From Verrucomicrobiia bacterium (lineage in GTDB: Bacteria > Verrucomicrobiota > Verrucomicrobiia > Limisphaerales > UBA9464): 64,000 nucleotides of DNA. The stretch covers positions 115,211 to 179,210 of the forward strand of contig JAHCBB010000006.1 in NCBI GenBank assembly GCA_019634635.1, in the 5' to 3' direction. The notes under the pieces are model-generated. The model did no database searches. It saw nothing but the letters and a program-made list of their open reading frames with translations, and was not told the DNA's origin. This document shows, in pieces, positions 63,045 through 64,000 of this stretch (positions are counted from its first letter, which is position 1; each line of letters opens with the position of its first letter). Made by a program: the position numbers and the translations under genes.

Positions 63045-64000
63045 ATGTTTCGCGTCTGGATTGCAGCACTGCTCCTGATGGGAGCTTCCGTCGGGACGAC
63101 GGCGGGCGGACTCGTCCGGCAGCCCAACCATTCCCTGAGGCTTCCCCAGAATCCGGGGCGTTTCGGATTCCGGTTGGTGGATGCCCTGAACCTGCAGTTC
63201 GACGTCCCCGTCCGGGTGGTGTTCCCACCCGGGGAAACCAACCGGGTGTTCGTCGTGGAAAAGGGCGGCGTCGTGGCCGTGGTCACCAACATCGCCGCGC
63301 CCAGCCGGACTGTCTTTCTCGATGTCACCGGGTCCACCTTCGTGGGGCCCGAAGAAGGCCTGCTTTCGATGGCGTTTCATCCGCAATACGCGAGCAACGG
63401 GCGGTTTTTCGTTCATCGGGTGGCTCGCGAGGACACCGACGACGAGCCCCTGCGCTTCAATCAGATCTCCGAATTCCGTGTGTCGGTGGAGGATCCGTCC
63501 CGCGCGGATCCGCAGGAGCGCGTCCTGATCCGCCAGAAGTATACCCGCCGCAACCATTACGGAGGCGACCTGCATTTCGGACGGGATGGGTACCTCTACG
63601 GTTCCTGTGGGGACGGATATGCCCCGAAGACCAACAGCCAGCAGATTGACGGCGGATTCTTTTCGGCCATCTGGAGGATTGATGTGGATGAGCGCCCGGA
63701 TTCGCTCGCGCCCAATCCGCATCCGTCGGTGATTGGCGGTTACCGCATTCCACCAGACAACCCGTTCGTGGGCGCCACATCGTTTCTGGGACGCCCGGTG
63801 GATCCCGCCCGCGTGCGAACCGAGTTCTGGTCGGTGGGCCTCCGGAATCCCTTCCGATTTTCGCTGGATCCGGAGACGGGGGATCCTTGGGTGGGTGATG
63901 TGGGATTCGAGTCGTCCGAGGCGGTTTACGTGAGTCGCAAGGGGGCGAACCACGGCTGGCCTGCCCGCGAAGGGGGGGTCCCGGGAATTCTGCCCGAGAG
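63045..64000 (+). CDS. PQQ-dependent sugar dehydrogenase (glucose/sorbosone dehydrogenase family), 3' end outside the window
   Basis: Not in the track because it has no stop within the window. ATG 63045 gives MFRVWIAALLLMGASVG (signal). Contains HYGGDLHFGRDGYLYGSCGDG and GLRNPFRFSLDPETGDPWVGDVG. It replaces the antisense track ORF 62928..63953. Confidence 0.75.
   Translation, partial: MFRVWIAALLLMGASVGTTAGGLVRQPNHSLRLPQNPGRFGFRLVDALNLQFDVPVRVVFPPGETNRVFVVEKGGVVAVVTNIAAPSRTVFLDVTGSTFVGPEEGLLSMAFHPQYASNGRFFVHRVAREDTDDEPLRFNQISEFRVSVEDPSRADPQERVLIRQKYTRRNHYGGDLHFGRDGYLYGSCGDGYAPKTNSQQIDGGFFSAIWRIDVDERPDSLAPNPHPSVIGGYRIPPDNPFVGATSFLGRPVDPARVRTEFWSVGLRNPFRFSLDPETGDPWVGDVGFESSEAVYVSRKGANHGWPAREGGVPGILPE

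Noticed and set aside
62928-63953. Track ORF of 341 aa on the minus strand.
   Set aside because: The plus strand over the same interval encodes a signal peptide plus clear PQQ-dependent sugar dehydrogenase motifs from ATG 63045. It is absent from the track only because it runs off the window end.

Overview
This is a high-GC bacterial chromosomal segment. Hand counts on sampled 60-nt lines are mostly 60-77% GC. The gene content looks like the PVC superphylum (Verrucomicrobiota/Planctomycetota-like): a DUF1553/DUF1501 gene pair and four pseudopilin-like genes sharing the N-terminus [25 protein letters not shown]. This taxonomic guess is inference from motifs recalled from memory; no database search was possible.

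About 50 protein genes can be supported, and most are housekeeping or transport. They include pyrD, lpxB, can plus a SulP transporter, glcF, apaG, infA, tgt, dapA, accB/accC, proS, a glcD-like oxidase, a CUT2 sugar ABC transporter, a hybrid histidine kinase with a REC-cyclase partner, and a DMGDH/GcvT fusion. I saw no rRNA, no intact tRNA and no CRISPR array. Many long ORFs in the supplied track are antisense artefacts of the high GC content and were not called.

The unusual content sits in four places:

1. **25.25-27.24 kb.** A RAYT-type HUH tyrosine transposase gene sits inside a strictly 166-bp-periodic tandem array. Each unit is an inverted doublet of REP-like hairpins.
2. **57.5-62.9 kb.** A perfect 16-bp x4.7 tandem repeat lies between the only upstream ATG and the signal peptide of a 1142-aa beta-helix/HAF-repeat surface protein. 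The two are out of frame by one repeat unit, which makes this a candidate phase-variation switch. Two co-transcribed genes follow, and a ~1.6-kb GC trough crosses the first gene boundary.
3. **52.0-57.4 kb.** An orphan three-gene NRPS-like operon: adenylation-PCP, a TPP-dependent enzyme, and a free-standing condensation domain.
4. **17.5-20.5 kb.** A decayed accessory islet next to infA. It has a 58-bp direct repeat pair, a tRNA-Arg(CCT)-like 3' fragment with encoded CCA, gene remnants, a nucleotidyltransferase-fold ORF and an intact vapBC module.
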